Part shown: positions 1 through 8,807 of the stretch, piece by piece
How positions within the stretch are numbered: position 1 is the first letter of the stretch
Layout of the letters: every line of letters starts with the position of its first letter
Assembly: GCF_002834385.1 (NCBI RefSeq)
Contig: NZ_PITQ01000016.1
Coordinates: 1 to 24,000, forward strand
Reading direction: 5' to 3'
Source: Rahnella sp. AA
GTDB taxonomy: Bacteria > Pseudomonadota > Gammaproteobacteria > Enterobacterales > Enterobacteriaceae
DNA: 24,000 bases
Translations under genes and position numbers: made by a program
The notes under the pieces: generated by a model
Told to the model about the DNA's origin: nothing
Databases searched by the model: none
The model's input: only the letters and a program-made list of their open reading frames with translations

Positions 1-4
1 GAAG

Positions 5-10
5 AGTCAA
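5..10 (-). promoter_or_regulatory. Probable -35 hexamer of rRNA-operon promoter P2, at the window edge
   Basis: The reverse complement of 1-11 reads CTTGACTCTTC, matching the CTTGACTCT -35 region of E. coli rrnB P2. It lies about 80 nt downstream (minus strand) of the P1 core, as expected for tandem P1-P2. The -10 and the rRNA genes are outside the window. Confidence 0.55.
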
Positions 11-84
11 GAGATTATTCATTCGAACTTTCATCTTTTTCTCTTCCTGTCCGAGCGACTTGTCAGTCGTTGTTCCCGGTCAGT

Positions 85-145
85 GGAGGCGCATTATAGG
101 GAGTTCTCAGAAGGCCGCAACCCCTAAAATACAAATAATTTACTG
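85..145 (-). promoter_or_regulatory. rRNA operon promoter P1 core plus UP-like A/T tract
   Basis: The minus strand reads GTAAATTATTTGTATTTTAGGGG-TTGCGG-CCTTCTGAGAACTCCC-TATAAT-GCGCCTCCACTG. This gives -35 TTGCGG (115-120), a 16-bp spacer, -10 TATAAT (93-98), GC-rich discriminator GCGCC (88-92) and an A/T-rich tract at about 121-145. CTCCCTATAATGCGCC.CCACTG is nearly identical to E. coli rrnB P1, and the position just past murI matches murI-rrsB synteny. Confidence 0.85.
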
Positions 146-172
146 ACCGCTGAATCTTTCATCAAATGGCGT

Positions 173-1054
173 TTAAAGCGGCAATTCCTGGATACTTCTG
201 AAGCCATATGACTGCAAAACAGGCAACAGACTTTGCGCCTCCGCCGTCATCGCCATGCAGTACGCCACACTCTCTATTTCAACTTCCGAATTTATTTGTG
301 GAATCGGCACGTGAGAAGTCTCAATTAACCAATGTGCGCGGCGTGCAATCGCAGAACCGGAGTCGATAATACGCGTGCCGTCGGGTAAAACCTGTGACAA
401 CTCTTCCGAAAGGAGCGGGAAATGCGTGCAACCTAATACCACGGTGTCGGGCGGTTCGCGCAAACGCAGCCACGGATGCAGGATTTTCTTCAGCGCAGCC
501 AGTGAAACTTCTTCGCCATGCAGCTTCGCTTCCGCCAGTTCGACCAGCTCGGCTGAGCCCAACATCAAAATCTGACAATCCGTCGCGAACCGTGCCACGA
601 GATCATGCGTATAAGGACGCTGAACCGTCGCACGTGTTGCCAGCAACCCGACAACTCCGTTACGCGTTAATTTTGCTGCAGGCTTGATAGCCGGAACAAC
701 GCCGACGACCGGACAACTGAATTTGGCGCGCAATGCAGGAAGGGAAACGGTGCTCGCCGTGTTACAGGCAATGACAATAATAGAGAGGGGATGGCGTTTC
801 GCGACGGCGCTGACAATCTCGACGACGCGCTCAACGATAAATTCTTCTGACTTTTCACCGTAAGGGAAGGCCACATTATCGAAGGCATAAATGTAATGCA
901 GGTCCGGCAACATCTGCCGGACCTCATGATAAACCGACAACCCGCCGACGCCGGAATCGAAAACCAGCACCGTCGGGCGGTCAGGAACTCGGGTTGTATC
1001 AGAAGGTATAGCTTCCAGAGAGATAGTACTCACGTCCTGGTGTGGCGTAGCCAT
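173..1054 (-). CDS. murI: Glutamate racemase MurI
   Basis: The ORF 173..1099 product aligns end to end with E. coli MurI ([57 protein letters not shown]). The start is placed at the internal Met (MATPHQD..., ATG at 1054) by length and alignment with E. coli MATKLQD. The longer 1099 start is unsupported. Confidence 0.93.
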   Translation of the reverse strand: MATPHQDVSTISLEAIPSDTTRVPDRPTVLVFDSGVGGLSVYHEVRQMLPDLHYIYAFDNVAFPYGEKSEEFIVERVVEIVSAVAKRHPLSIIVIACNTASTVSLPALRAKFSCPVVGVVPAIKPAAKLTRNGVVGLLATRATVQRPYTHDLVARFATDCQILMLGSAELVELAEAKLHGEEVSLAALKKILHPWLRLREPPDTVVLGCTHFPLLSEELSQVLPDGTRIIDSGSAIARRAHWLIETSHVPIPQINSEVEIESVAYCMAMTAEAQSLLPVLQSYGFRSIQELPL

Positions 1055-2861
1055 AAGCCGTCTCGTAATCTTTATCAAACAAGTTGGCAATTCTACCACG
1101 AACTGTCAGGTATGAGGTGACCGGATATGACGCGGCGAGATCCCACAGGCTGACACCGCCCAGTTTAACCGTCTGATAAGGATACGAACCGTAGTCGGTG
1201 TCGTAACGCTGCCCCAAATACTGGTAATTGATTGACCAGTCGATGTCAGCAATATTCCAGTCAATCTGGTATTTCGCCTGTTGCTTGGCACGACGGGCCA
1301 GAATTTCGTTGGTTTGCGCATCACGCGGGTCGAGATATTCCAGGGTAATCTGGTGTTGCAACGGACCGGTATCGAATGAACCTGTCCACTCGACACCTTT
1401 AATCGTCGCTTTCCCGATGTTGTAGTAGCTATAGGTAGAGTCGTTGTAAGCGATCATCTGATCGATGTCGTTACGATAGACTGACAAGCGCCAGTCGAGC
1501 GGCCCCGTCAGACCTTCCAGCCCCCCTTCCCATTGCTTGCTTTCTTCCGGCTTCAGATCAGGGTTGCCATAGTAGTCGCTGTAAAGCTGGCTCAGGTTCG
1601 GTGATTTGTACGCGGTGCCGTAAGAGGCAATCAGGCGATAGCCGTCAATGAATTCCCATGCTGCGCTGCTTTGCCAGGTCGTGTGCTGACCAAACTGCGA
1701 GTTGTCATCGCTGCGCACGGCGCCTTCCAGTGTGAAATCACTGATTTTTTGTTGCGTGGTCAGATAAACGCCGGTGTTGTGCTGATCATAGCCATCAGCC
1801 AGATAGCTGGTGCCCGGTTCAGTGGTTATTTTCTGCCAGTCCAGACCTGCACTGACTTCCCCTTTCCACACCTGCAGCGTGTTGCCCCATTGCACGTTGT
1901 ACTGATCGGAGTCATCCAGCGAAGCGGAAGAGTCGTAAGGGCCGTATTTCGGATCGTAGTTATAGTCTTTGACGTGGCTGTAGCTGCCGGTTAGCTGCGT
2001 GGCATAAATGCCGTTCTGATAACGCAGACCGGTGTCGTACGTTCGGCTGTAAAGCTGGCGGGTATCGATAAGCGCGCTGCCTGGTGTGTAATAGGCATCA
2101 TACGCGGTGCGGTTATCATAACCGTAAGCCCGCGCAAAACCGCTGATATCGTCATTAAACTGATGTTGCAGTGCCAGGTAGAGCGTTTTACTCATGAACC
2201 CGTCACGGTCTGGCTGCGGAACGCCGCCCGTATTGCCATCAGCCACAACATCAATGCCGCGCGTATAGGTGTAATCACCCGCCGCCGTCACCGTGGTGTT
2301 CTCACCCAGCTTCTGCTGCGTGGAACCGTTGTAGTTCTGATAACCGTTTGAGCCGATACCCGCGCCGAGCGTGGTGCCGTCTTTATCACGCGTAGTAATA
2401 ATGTTAATGACACCGCCGATAGCATCCGATCCATATACAGCAGAACGTGGGCCGCGGATAAACTCAATGCGCTGAACCAATGAGAGAGGAATTTGACTGA
2501 CATCGACGGAGCCGGAAATACCCGCCTGATTAAGACGTACACCATCCATTAATACTAAAGTATGGCTGGCATTGGTGCCACGGACAAATACCGAGGTCAG
2601 CTGGCCCATGCCGCCACTCTGGCTGATATCCACGCCGGGTAAACGACGAAGTACATCAGCAACAGATTTTGACTGCCAGCGGTCGATATCTTCACGCGTC
2701 ACGACATCCGTCGGCGCTAATACAGAAGAAACCGGCTGGGGAAAACGGTTAGCCGTAACGACCAGATTATCACTGCTGTTTGTGGAAGTGCTGTCTTGCG
2801 CCCACCCTGAAAAAGCCGTGACGGATAATGCCGTCAGCAGCACGTGCTTTTTAATTGTCAT
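999..2861 (-). CDS. btuB: TonB-dependent vitamin B12 outer-membrane transporter BtuB
   Basis: The product matches E. coli BtuB throughout: signal peptide [23 protein letters not shown], TonB box [10 protein letters not shown], and terminal ...[11 protein letters not shown]. The start is at ATG 2861 (Met25 of the tracked ORF) by alignment with E. coli MIKKASLL. A cobalamin riboswitch lies immediately upstream. Confidence 0.97.
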   Translation of the reverse strand: MTIKKHVLLTALSVTAFSGWAQDSTSTNSSDNLVVTANRFPQPVSSVLAPTDVVTREDIDRWQSKSVADVLRRLPGVDISQSGGMGQLTSVFVRGTNASHTLVLMDGVRLNQAGISGSVDVSQIPLSLVQRIEFIRGPRSAVYGSDAIGGVINIITTRDKDGTTLGAGIGSNGYQNYNGSTQQKLGENTTVTAAGDYTYTRGIDVVADGNTGGVPQPDRDGFMSKTLYLALQHQFNDDISGFARAYGYDNRTAYDAYYTPGSALIDTRQLYSRTYDTGLRYQNGIYATQLTGSYSHVKDYNYDPKYGPYDSSASLDDSDQYNVQWGNTLQVWKGEVSAGLDWQKITTEPGTSYLADGYDQHNTGVYLTTQQKISDFTLEGAVRSDDNSQFGQHTTWQSSAAWEFIDGYRLIASYGTAYKSPNLSQLYSDYYGNPDLKPEESKQWEGGLEGLTGPLDWRLSVYRNDIDQMIAYNDSTYSYYNIGKATIKGVEWTGSFDTGPLQHQITLEYLDPRDAQTNEILARRAKQQAKYQIDWNIADIDWSINYQYLGQRYDTDYGSYPYQTVKLGGVSLWDLAASYPVTSYLTVRGRIANLFDKDYETAYGYATPGREYYLSGSYTF

Positions 2862-3190
2862 GAATCGAGCATCCAAACTTAATTGGCGGATGCCGCAGAA
2901 AGACGCTGTCGTTTTCGCGACGACAGTGAACAATGCGACGTAATATCGGCAGGTTTTCGGACTTAGGATTTGCAGGCTTATTTATTACACGGCTTATTAA
3001 TGACAAGACGCGTAATTCGAATACCTGCACCGGGCGATGACTTCCCATTCCTTCTTTCTTATCTATATAGAGAAGAAGAAAACAGTGTCTGCATAATAAA
3101 GAATGCTATCGCCGTGATTTCCCCATACCGCTGCGCGCCAGTTCCGGATTCACACCGGATTCCCTTTTAACTCAGTCAATGAGGCCGATG
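2862..3190 (-). promoter_or_regulatory. btuB leader with cobalamin (AdoCbl) riboswitch
   Basis: The minus-strand leader reads TTAAAAGGGAATCCGGTGTGAATCCGGAACTGGCGCGCAGCGGTATGGGG (3170->3121). It also has GGGAAGTCATCGCCC and the B12 box AGTCCGAAAACCTGCCG (2963->2947). These parallel the E. coli btuB leader (TTAATAGGGAATCCAGTGCGAATCTGGAGCTGACGCGCAGCGGTAAGGAA ... AGCCCGAAGACCTGCCGG). The 5' boundary is approximate. Confidence 0.9.
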
Positions 3191-3345
3191 GGCAATCCTA
3201 CGATCAACCCATTTGGAAATCCAGACATCCATCGCGGAGAAACAGCGTTCCCCTTAAAAAGACGACAGGGCTGGACATAATGAGGACATTCCCTACAATC
3301 CCCCGCAAAGTTCGCCCATTTATTCCTTGTTAGACGAGATAACCG

Positions 3346-4446
3346 ATGACGCCTGAAAACCTGCCCATTGAACAATATGACGACCAGCTGGCGGAAAAGA
3401 CCGCACGTCTCACGGCGATGATGTCGCCTTTTAATGCGCCGCAGCCTGACGTTTTTCGTTCTCCTGTCAGCCATTACCGCATGCGTGCCGAATTCCGCGT
3501 CTGGCATGATGAAGGCGACCTGTACCACATCATGTTTGATCAGCAGACCAAAGCCCGCGTGCGCGTCGACCAGTTCCCGGCGGCCAGCGAGCTGATAAAT
3601 CGTCTGATGCCGGTGCTGATCAGCGCCGTGAAACAAGATCCGGCGCTGCGCCGTAAGATCTTCCAGATCGACTATCTTTCGACCCGCAGCGGCAAAATCA
3701 TCGCATCGCTGCTCTACCACCGTAAGCTTGATGAAGAATGGCAGAAGTCCGCGACAATCCTGCGCGACCAGCTTCGCGCCGACGGTTTTGACATTCAGCT
3801 GATTGGCCGTGCAGCCAAAACCAAAATCATGCTGGATCAGGATTATGTTGATGAAGTTCTGCCGGTTGGCGGGCGCGATATGATTTATCGTCAGGTGGAA
3901 AACAGCTTCACCCAGCCAAACGCCGAGATGAACATTCAGATGTTGGAATGGGCGCTGAAGGCCACGGAAAACTCCACCGGCGATTTGCTCGAGCTGTATT
4001 GCGGCAACGGCAACTTCTCGCTGGCGCTGGCGCGCAATTTCCGCCGCGTGCTGGCAACCGAAATCGCCAAACCGTCGGTCGCCGCAGCGCAGTTCAACAT
4101 TGCGGCAAACCATATTGATAACGTGCAGATTATCCGCATGGCGGCTGAAGATTTTACTCAGGCGCTGAACGGCGTGCGTGAATTCCGTCGTTTGCAGGAT
4201 GTGGATTTAAGCGGATATGAATGCAACACGATTTTCGTCGATCCCCCGCGCAGCGGTCTGGATGATGAAACAGTGAAAATGGTGCAGGGCTACGAACGCA
4301 TCCTTTATATCTCCTGCAACCCGGAAACGCTGTGTGCAAATCTGGAAACCCTGAGCCAGACACACCGCGTGACGCGTCTGGCGTTGTTCGATCAGTTCCC
4401 GTATACGCACCATATGGAATCCGGCGTTCTGCTGGAAAAAATCTGA
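3346..4446 (+). CDS. trmA: tRNA (uracil54-C5)-methyltransferase TrmA
   Basis: The 366-aa product has TrmA-type sequence ([18 protein letters not shown]..., SAM-binding [15 protein letters not shown], catalytic region [11 protein letters not shown]). It is divergent from btuB, as in E. coli. Confidence 0.95.
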   Translation: MTPENLPIEQYDDQLAEKTARLTAMMSPFNAPQPDVFRSPVSHYRMRAEFRVWHDEGDLYHIMFDQQTKARVRVDQFPAASELINRLMPVLISAVKQDPALRRKIFQIDYLSTRSGKIIASLLYHRKLDEEWQKSATILRDQLRADGFDIQLIGRAAKTKIMLDQDYVDEVLPVGGRDMIYRQVENSFTQPNAEMNIQMLEWALKATENSTGDLLELYCGNGNFSLALARNFRRVLATEIAKPSVAAAQFNIAANHIDNVQIIRMAAEDFTQALNGVREFRRLQDVDLSGYECNTIFVDPPRSGLDDETVKMVQGYERILYISCNPETLCANLETLSQTHRVTRLALFDQFPYTHHMESGVLLEKI

Positions 4447-4466
4447 TTCAGCCGCGTTAAGCATGA

Positions 4467-4492
4467 AAACGGGCACCTCCGAGTGCCCGTTT
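4467..4492. terminator. Bidirectional rho-independent terminator between convergent trmA and the hydrolase gene
   Basis: AAACGGGCAC-CTCCGA-GTGCCCGTTT is a perfect GC-rich stem flanked by an A-tract upstream and a T-tract (TTTCTCTTTCT) downstream. It therefore has a U-tract on either strand. Confidence 0.8.
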
Positions 4493-4512
4493 CTCTTTCT
4501 GTTCCGTCAGTC

Positions 4513-5652
4513 TCAGAGGTAAACCCGCAGATATTCTGACAGGCACAGAATAGCCATCGCCTGCCCGTAAGGCATGGATGTCAGCGCAATTTCACGGTAG
4601 AAATCCAGATCAGAACCCATCGCCGTGCCAAATGAAGTTTGCGTCAGCTCCCCTGCCGGATTGATATGTTTGATCACGCCCTGGATCGCTTTCTCCGCCA
4701 CCGGCGCATAAGACGCATCGATATAACGCTTGCGCACCGCTTTCAAGATTCCGTAGGCAAAACCGGCGGTAGCCGAGCTTTCGAGATAAGACTGCGGATC
4801 GTCGAGCAGCGTATGCCACAAACCGCTGTCATCCTGACATTTCGCCAGCGCGCTGACCTGGCTTTCCAGCACCTGCAATAAATAGCGGCGGGTCGCGTTA
4901 TTTTCCGGTAAATCCACCAGCTCAAGGAATTCAGGAATGGCAATCGTCAGCCAGCTGTTTCCGCGAGCCCAGCGCGCCTGCGCAAAATTATGATGCCCGT
5001 CGAACGTCCAGCCGTGGAACCACAGGCCCGTTTCGCGATCCATCAGATACTGAACGTGAACCAGAAACTGGTACGTCGCTTCTTCCACAAACTCAGGCCG
5101 GTCCAGCAATTTCCCGATTTTTGCCAGCGGCAGCACGCTCATCATCAATGTGTCATCCCACATTTGCTGATGGTTTTCGTTGTTATAAACAATGTGCTGC
5201 ATCGCACCTTTATCCGTGCGCGGCATTTCATACATCACCCATTCCGCCCAGCGCTCCAGATAGGGCCGCCATGCCGCATTACCGGTTTCTTCATAGCGGT
5301 AAGCCAGCGTCAGGAACGGGCTCATGGTATTTACGTTTTTCGTCGGCGTGCCTTCCGCCAGACGCGCGGTAAACCAGTCGTCAATCACCGCCCGCATTTT
5401 CTCGTCGCCGGTCTGCTGATAATACTGATAAATACCGTAAAGCCCGATGCCGTGCGTCCATTCCCAGCCCGCCCAGCCTTTGGTATCAATGACGCGGCCA
5501 TCGTCGAGCCGCAACAGAAACTCCCCGGTTTTATCTTCGATATTCACCAGATTGTCCGTCACATTGTGGATCAATGCTTTCAGTTCATTGCGCGAAATGA
5601 AATGTTCCGGCTGGCGTAAAAGCGCACTGTGTTTCACTTCAAAAACTTTCAT
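4513..5652 (-). CDS. Unsaturated rhamnogalacturonyl / glucuronyl hydrolase (GH105/GH88, YteR/YesR/RhiN-like)
   Basis: The roughly 379-aa product has the alpha/alpha-barrel family look (GWEWTHGIGLYG, QMWDDTLMMSVLPLA, RWARGNSWL, ESSATAGFAYG). The start is set at ATG 5652 (MKVFEV) because AGGAGA lies 5 nt upstream. It is 29 nt downstream of, and co-oriented with, the GPH transporter. Confidence 0.8.
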   Translation of the reverse strand: MKVFEVKHSALLRQPEHFISRNELKALIHNVTDNLVNIEDKTGEFLLRLDDGRVIDTKGWAGWEWTHGIGLYGIYQYYQQTGDEKMRAVIDDWFTARLAEGTPTKNVNTMSPFLTLAYRYEETGNAAWRPYLERWAEWVMYEMPRTDKGAMQHIVYNNENHQQMWDDTLMMSVLPLAKIGKLLDRPEFVEEATYQFLVHVQYLMDRETGLWFHGWTFDGHHNFAQARWARGNSWLTIAIPEFLELVDLPENNATRRYLLQVLESQVSALAKCQDDSGLWHTLLDDPQSYLESSATAGFAYGILKAVRKRYIDASYAPVAEKAIQGVIKHINPAGELTQTSFGTAMGSDLDFYREIALTSMPYGQAMAILCLSEYLRVYL

Positions 5653-5681
5653 GGTGTTCTCCTGATAAATGTTCACCAAAA

Positions 5682-7268
5682 TTACAAACGTCCCTGTGCC
5701 GGAATTTCGGCGGCATTTTCATGGGTCAGCTTTTCAGGTGGCGGATTATGACGATGCAGATAACCAATATTGTTGTTGCCCCACAGCGATTCGTATTTCA
5801 TCCCTGTCAGCATTTCGACGGTCGCCCGATCTTCCGGCGTAATTTGCTCCGGCACGATGCGGTTTGCATCACGCATTTTCTGCGTTTCGCGGGTCAGCAC
5901 GCCGTGCGTTTTCTGATTAAGGCGGAAGAACAGTGAAATCGTGAAGCCCATGCTGAGCATCAGCAGCGAACCGATCACCAGAACGCCGAGAATGGTATGA
6001 CCGACGGCAGGCACCTGCTGGCTTTGTCCGGAAACAAATCCGGCAAGTTGCAGGATAATCCCCACCAGCATCACAGCACCGGCCTGCGAAGCTTTGCGAG
6101 TCAGCGTCATCACACCGGCGAAAATCCCCTCGCGGCGCTGGCCGGTAATGGTTTCATCGACATCGGCGATATAGGTGTAGATATTCCACGGCACGTAGTT
6201 GATCCCGCCACGCCCAAGCCCTGCCAGCGCAGAAATCAGCAGCAGTAACGACATCGAATCATTCATTCCGGTGTAATACAGCACACCGTAAGAAATCGCA
6301 GCCAGACCAAATAACGTCACGGCCAGACGATAGGACGGCGCAGGCCCGAAGCGGATACACAGCGGGATCATGCCGATTACCGCCACGAATTGCAGAATCG
6401 CCATCATGCCCATGAGATTGGAGGCAATCGCCGCGCTTTGCATCAGCACGAACACCACGTAATAGGTGAAGACGGCGTTAAACACGTCCTGCGCTATATA
6501 TCCGCCAAGATACAAACCCAGATGCTGACGGAAAATCTTGATGCGCAGCGTCGAAGATAATTCCACTTTCAGGCGTTTCAGGCTTTGCGCCAGCGTCAGT
6601 TGCTGACGTTCGCGCTCAATTTTCTTCGTGGCTTCAGATTTAAGCTCCTCAGGCCGTTCCCAGGTGAAGAAATACACCAGCGTCAGCACGAAGGCGCAAA
6701 TCACCGCAAAGACCAGGCTCGAATAGAAGAAGGAAATGGCGTTATCTTTGCCGAAATGCTGTAACAGAATACCCGGCAGGAAAGCCGCGAGGATGGCAGA
6801 AAGCTGCGCCAGCGCGATACGGGCCCCGGAGAATTTGGTTTTTTGTTTGAAATCGTCAGTCATTTCCGGCACCAGCGTTTCATACGGCACCAGAATCATG
6901 GTGTAAACGATATCGAACAGCAGATAGGTCAGCAGGTAATAGGCATATCCCATGTCGCCCACCCACATGAAGCTGTAGCTGAACACGCAGGGGATACCGA
7001 GAAGGATAAAGAACTTGCGGCGGCCAAAGCGCTTACCCAGCCAGGTATTGCCGAAATTGTCCGTGAGATAACCCATTAACGGGCTGAGCACGGCGTCGAG
7101 TACACGCGCTGTGGCGAAGATAAAGGTCGCTTCAATGGGCGAAAGGCCACAAAACGTGGTGTAGAAATAGAGCAACCACGCGGCGGTCAGAGCCGTGGTC
7201 CCCGCACCCAGAAAATCGCCAGACCCGTAGGCGATGTAATTAAAGAATCCGATCTTACGTGTTTTCAT
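5682..7268 (-). CDS. GPH-family (glycoside-pentoside-hexuronide) sugar:cation symporter, RhiT-like oligogalacturonide/rhamnogalacturonide transporter
   Basis: The 528-aa polytopic protein has an N-terminal GPH signature (YGSGDFLGAG..., GYLTDN...GKRFGRRKFF), about 12 hydrophobic segments and a hydrophilic tail of about 70 aa. It is the first gene of a two-gene operon with the hydrolase. Confidence 0.8.
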   Translation of the reverse strand: MKTRKIGFFNYIAYGSGDFLGAGTTALTAAWLLYFYTTFCGLSPIEATFIFATARVLDAVLSPLMGYLTDNFGNTWLGKRFGRRKFFILLGIPCVFSYSFMWVGDMGYAYYLLTYLLFDIVYTMILVPYETLVPEMTDDFKQKTKFSGARIALAQLSAILAAFLPGILLQHFGKDNAISFFYSSLVFAVICAFVLTLVYFFTWERPEELKSEATKKIERERQQLTLAQSLKRLKVELSSTLRIKIFRQHLGLYLGGYIAQDVFNAVFTYYVVFVLMQSAAIASNLMGMMAILQFVAVIGMIPLCIRFGPAPSYRLAVTLFGLAAISYGVLYYTGMNDSMSLLLLISALAGLGRGGINYVPWNIYTYIADVDETITGQRREGIFAGVMTLTRKASQAGAVMLVGIILQLAGFVSGQSQQVPAVGHTILGVLVIGSLLMLSMGFTISLFFRLNQKTHGVLTRETQKMRDANRIVPEQITPEDRATVEMLTGMKYESLWGNNNIGYLHRHNPPPEKLTHENAAEIPAQGRL

Positions 7269-7462
7269 TGCCGTCCTGCCTCTGTTAAATCACCTATAGG
7301 CGTAGGCTGAATGCGAACGAAGAAACTTCGTCCGGCCATGATTCAAATTAACGAGGAGGCAGAATGAAAACCTTTTGGTTTTTGCCACTCAAACTGACTT
7401 TATGGCAAAGAAATAAAGAAGTGGGCGATCAATATCTAAATATTGAACATGGGTTTGATATT

Positions 7463-7481
7463 AATGAAATGACAGTTCATT
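7463..7481. promoter_or_regulatory. Candidate KdgR operator
   Basis: AATGAAATGACAGTTCATT is an imperfect palindrome (AATGAA-N7-TTCATT). The 21-mer TAATGAAATGACAGTTCATTA matches about 17 of 20 specified positions of the remembered KdgR consensus AAWTRAAAYRnYRTTTYAWTT. It lies in the AT-rich region upstream of the pectin-related transporter operon. Confidence 0.5.
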
Positions 7482-7536
7482 AAATGATTAAAAAGAGAAA
7501 TGGCGGGAAGGAGAAAATGATAAAGGATAAATAGAA

Positions 7537-7558
7537 AAGGCAATCCGCAGATTGCCTT
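7537..7558 (-). terminator. Rho-independent terminator after yijD (possibly bidirectional)
   Basis: The minus strand reads AAGGCAATC-TGCG-GATTGCCTT followed by TTCTATTTATCC, 23 nt past the yijD stop. On the plus strand the same hairpin is followed by ATTTGAA. Confidence 0.8.
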
Positions 7559-7580
7559 ATTTGAACATCAGACGTCGTTT

Positions 7581-7940
7581 TTACTGAGCAGAGGATTTGC
7601 GCTTTTTCAACTTCAGGCCAATCCAGAATACCAGTGCCACACAAATCAGCGACGGCAGGAAATTCGAGCCCAACTCAGGATACTCAGCCCTGACAATCGT
7701 GCTGTAAAGCAGCAGCCCCAGCAGGAAGCAGGCTGCAGCCAGCAACGGCAGCCCTTTCGGCATTTCACCTTTATGGTAGCGAACGTGCAGACAATAGACC
7801 GCTAACACCAGAGAAAGTATCGGAAAAATCGAAAACGCGACAACGGAACTGAATAGCGCATCGAAAGTGCCATTGATGGATAGCCCGGCAATCAGAGCCA
7901 AAACCAGAGTGCCATTATCCTGGTTCGGTTGTTCGGTCAT
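7581..7940 (-). CDS. yijD: Inner-membrane protein YijD (DUF1422)
   Basis: The 119-aa product aligns with E. coli YijD ([37 protein letters not shown]). GAGG lies 8 nt upstream of ATG 7940. It follows fabR, as in E. coli. Confidence 0.92.
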   Translation of the reverse strand: MTEQPNQDNGTLVLALIAGLSINGTFDALFSSVVAFSIFPILSLVLAVYCLHVRYHKGEMPKGLPLLAAACFLLGLLLYSTIVRAEYPELGSNFLPSLICVALVFWIGLKLKKRKSSAQ

Positions 7941-8604
7941 CTTCTTTACCTCTGGTCTTATTATGAATTGGAGTCACCGCCGTTCTTTCCTGTTGCCGGC
8001 GATACCAGTAATACGCACCTTTGGAAATCATCCGCAACTGCAGCACCAGGCGTTCTTCTAACTGGCGGCGCTGTGCGATATCCACGTCCAGCGCTTCCGC
8101 ACCGGCGTTGAAAACAATGATCACCATCGCTTCGGCCTGCGCTTCGGTAAAACTGCGCGGCATATGGTTTTCGAGTTGCAGATAGTCGGCAAGTTCCGCA
8201 ATAAAATGCTGAATTTCGCGGGCGACGGCCGCACGGAATGCCGATGACGTGCCAGAACGTTCGCGCAACAGCAGACGAAAGGCGTTGGGGTTATTTCCGA
8301 TGAACTCCATGAAAGTCGAAACCGACGTGCGGATCACGCTGCCGCCTTTGGCAATACGCTGGCGCGCCTGACGCATTAGCTGACGCAGCATCAAACCGCT
8401 TTCATCAACCATCGTCAGACCCAGTTCATCCACGTCACGGAAATGCCGGTAAAAGGACGTCGGCGCAATGCCCGCTTCACGGGACACTTCACGCAAACTC
8501 AGACTGGCGAAGCTGCGCTCGGCACTGAGCTGGCTAAAAGCCGCCTCAATCAGTGAGCGACGCGTGCGCTCTTTTTGTTGTGCTCTTACGCCCATAACAT
8601 TCAT
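7915..8604 (-). CDS. fabR: TetR-family repressor of unsaturated fatty-acid synthesis FabR
   Basis: The product is near-identical to E. coli FabR over most of its length ([81 protein letters not shown]...). The start is ambiguous (ATG 8604 or 8595). The 3' end overlaps the yijD start by 26 nt. Confidence 0.93.
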   Translation of the reverse strand: MNVMGVRAQQKERTRRSLIEAAFSQLSAERSFASLSLREVSREAGIAPTSFYRHFRDVDELGLTMVDESGLMLRQLMRQARQRIAKGGSVIRTSVSTFMEFIGNNPNAFRLLLRERSGTSSAFRAAVAREIQHFIAELADYLQLENHMPRSFTEAQAEAMVIIVFNAGAEALDVDIAQRRQLEERLVLQLRMISKGAYYWYRRQQERTAVTPIHNKTRGKEDDRTTEPG

Positions 8605-8807
8605 CCGGATAATGTTCTTCTTTTTGATTATTCGCCCGTTACCGCTTCACTATACCAAAATTTTAACCGGGCGGAGCCATAGATACCGCAGCATAAAGTG
8701 GGTCTGAATGTTGCTGCATTACCATTAAATGACAACCACATGTGGGGTAAATAGGTGTAATATGTTACTTTCTCGTTGTGATTTTGTATAAAAATAGGTT
8801 TCGAACT

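Noticed and set aside
2970-3170. 66-aa plus-strand ORF in the btuB-trmA intergenic region
   Set aside because: It coincides with the complement of the cobalamin riboswitch, whose sequence conservation explains the region. It has no SD and no plausible product.
3172-4113. 313-aa minus-strand ORF antisense to trmA
   Set aside because: It lies entirely within and opposite the well-supported trmA CDS. The product is Arg/Gly/Ala/His-rich low-complexity sequence with no recognisable motifs and no SD. It is a typical shadow ORF.
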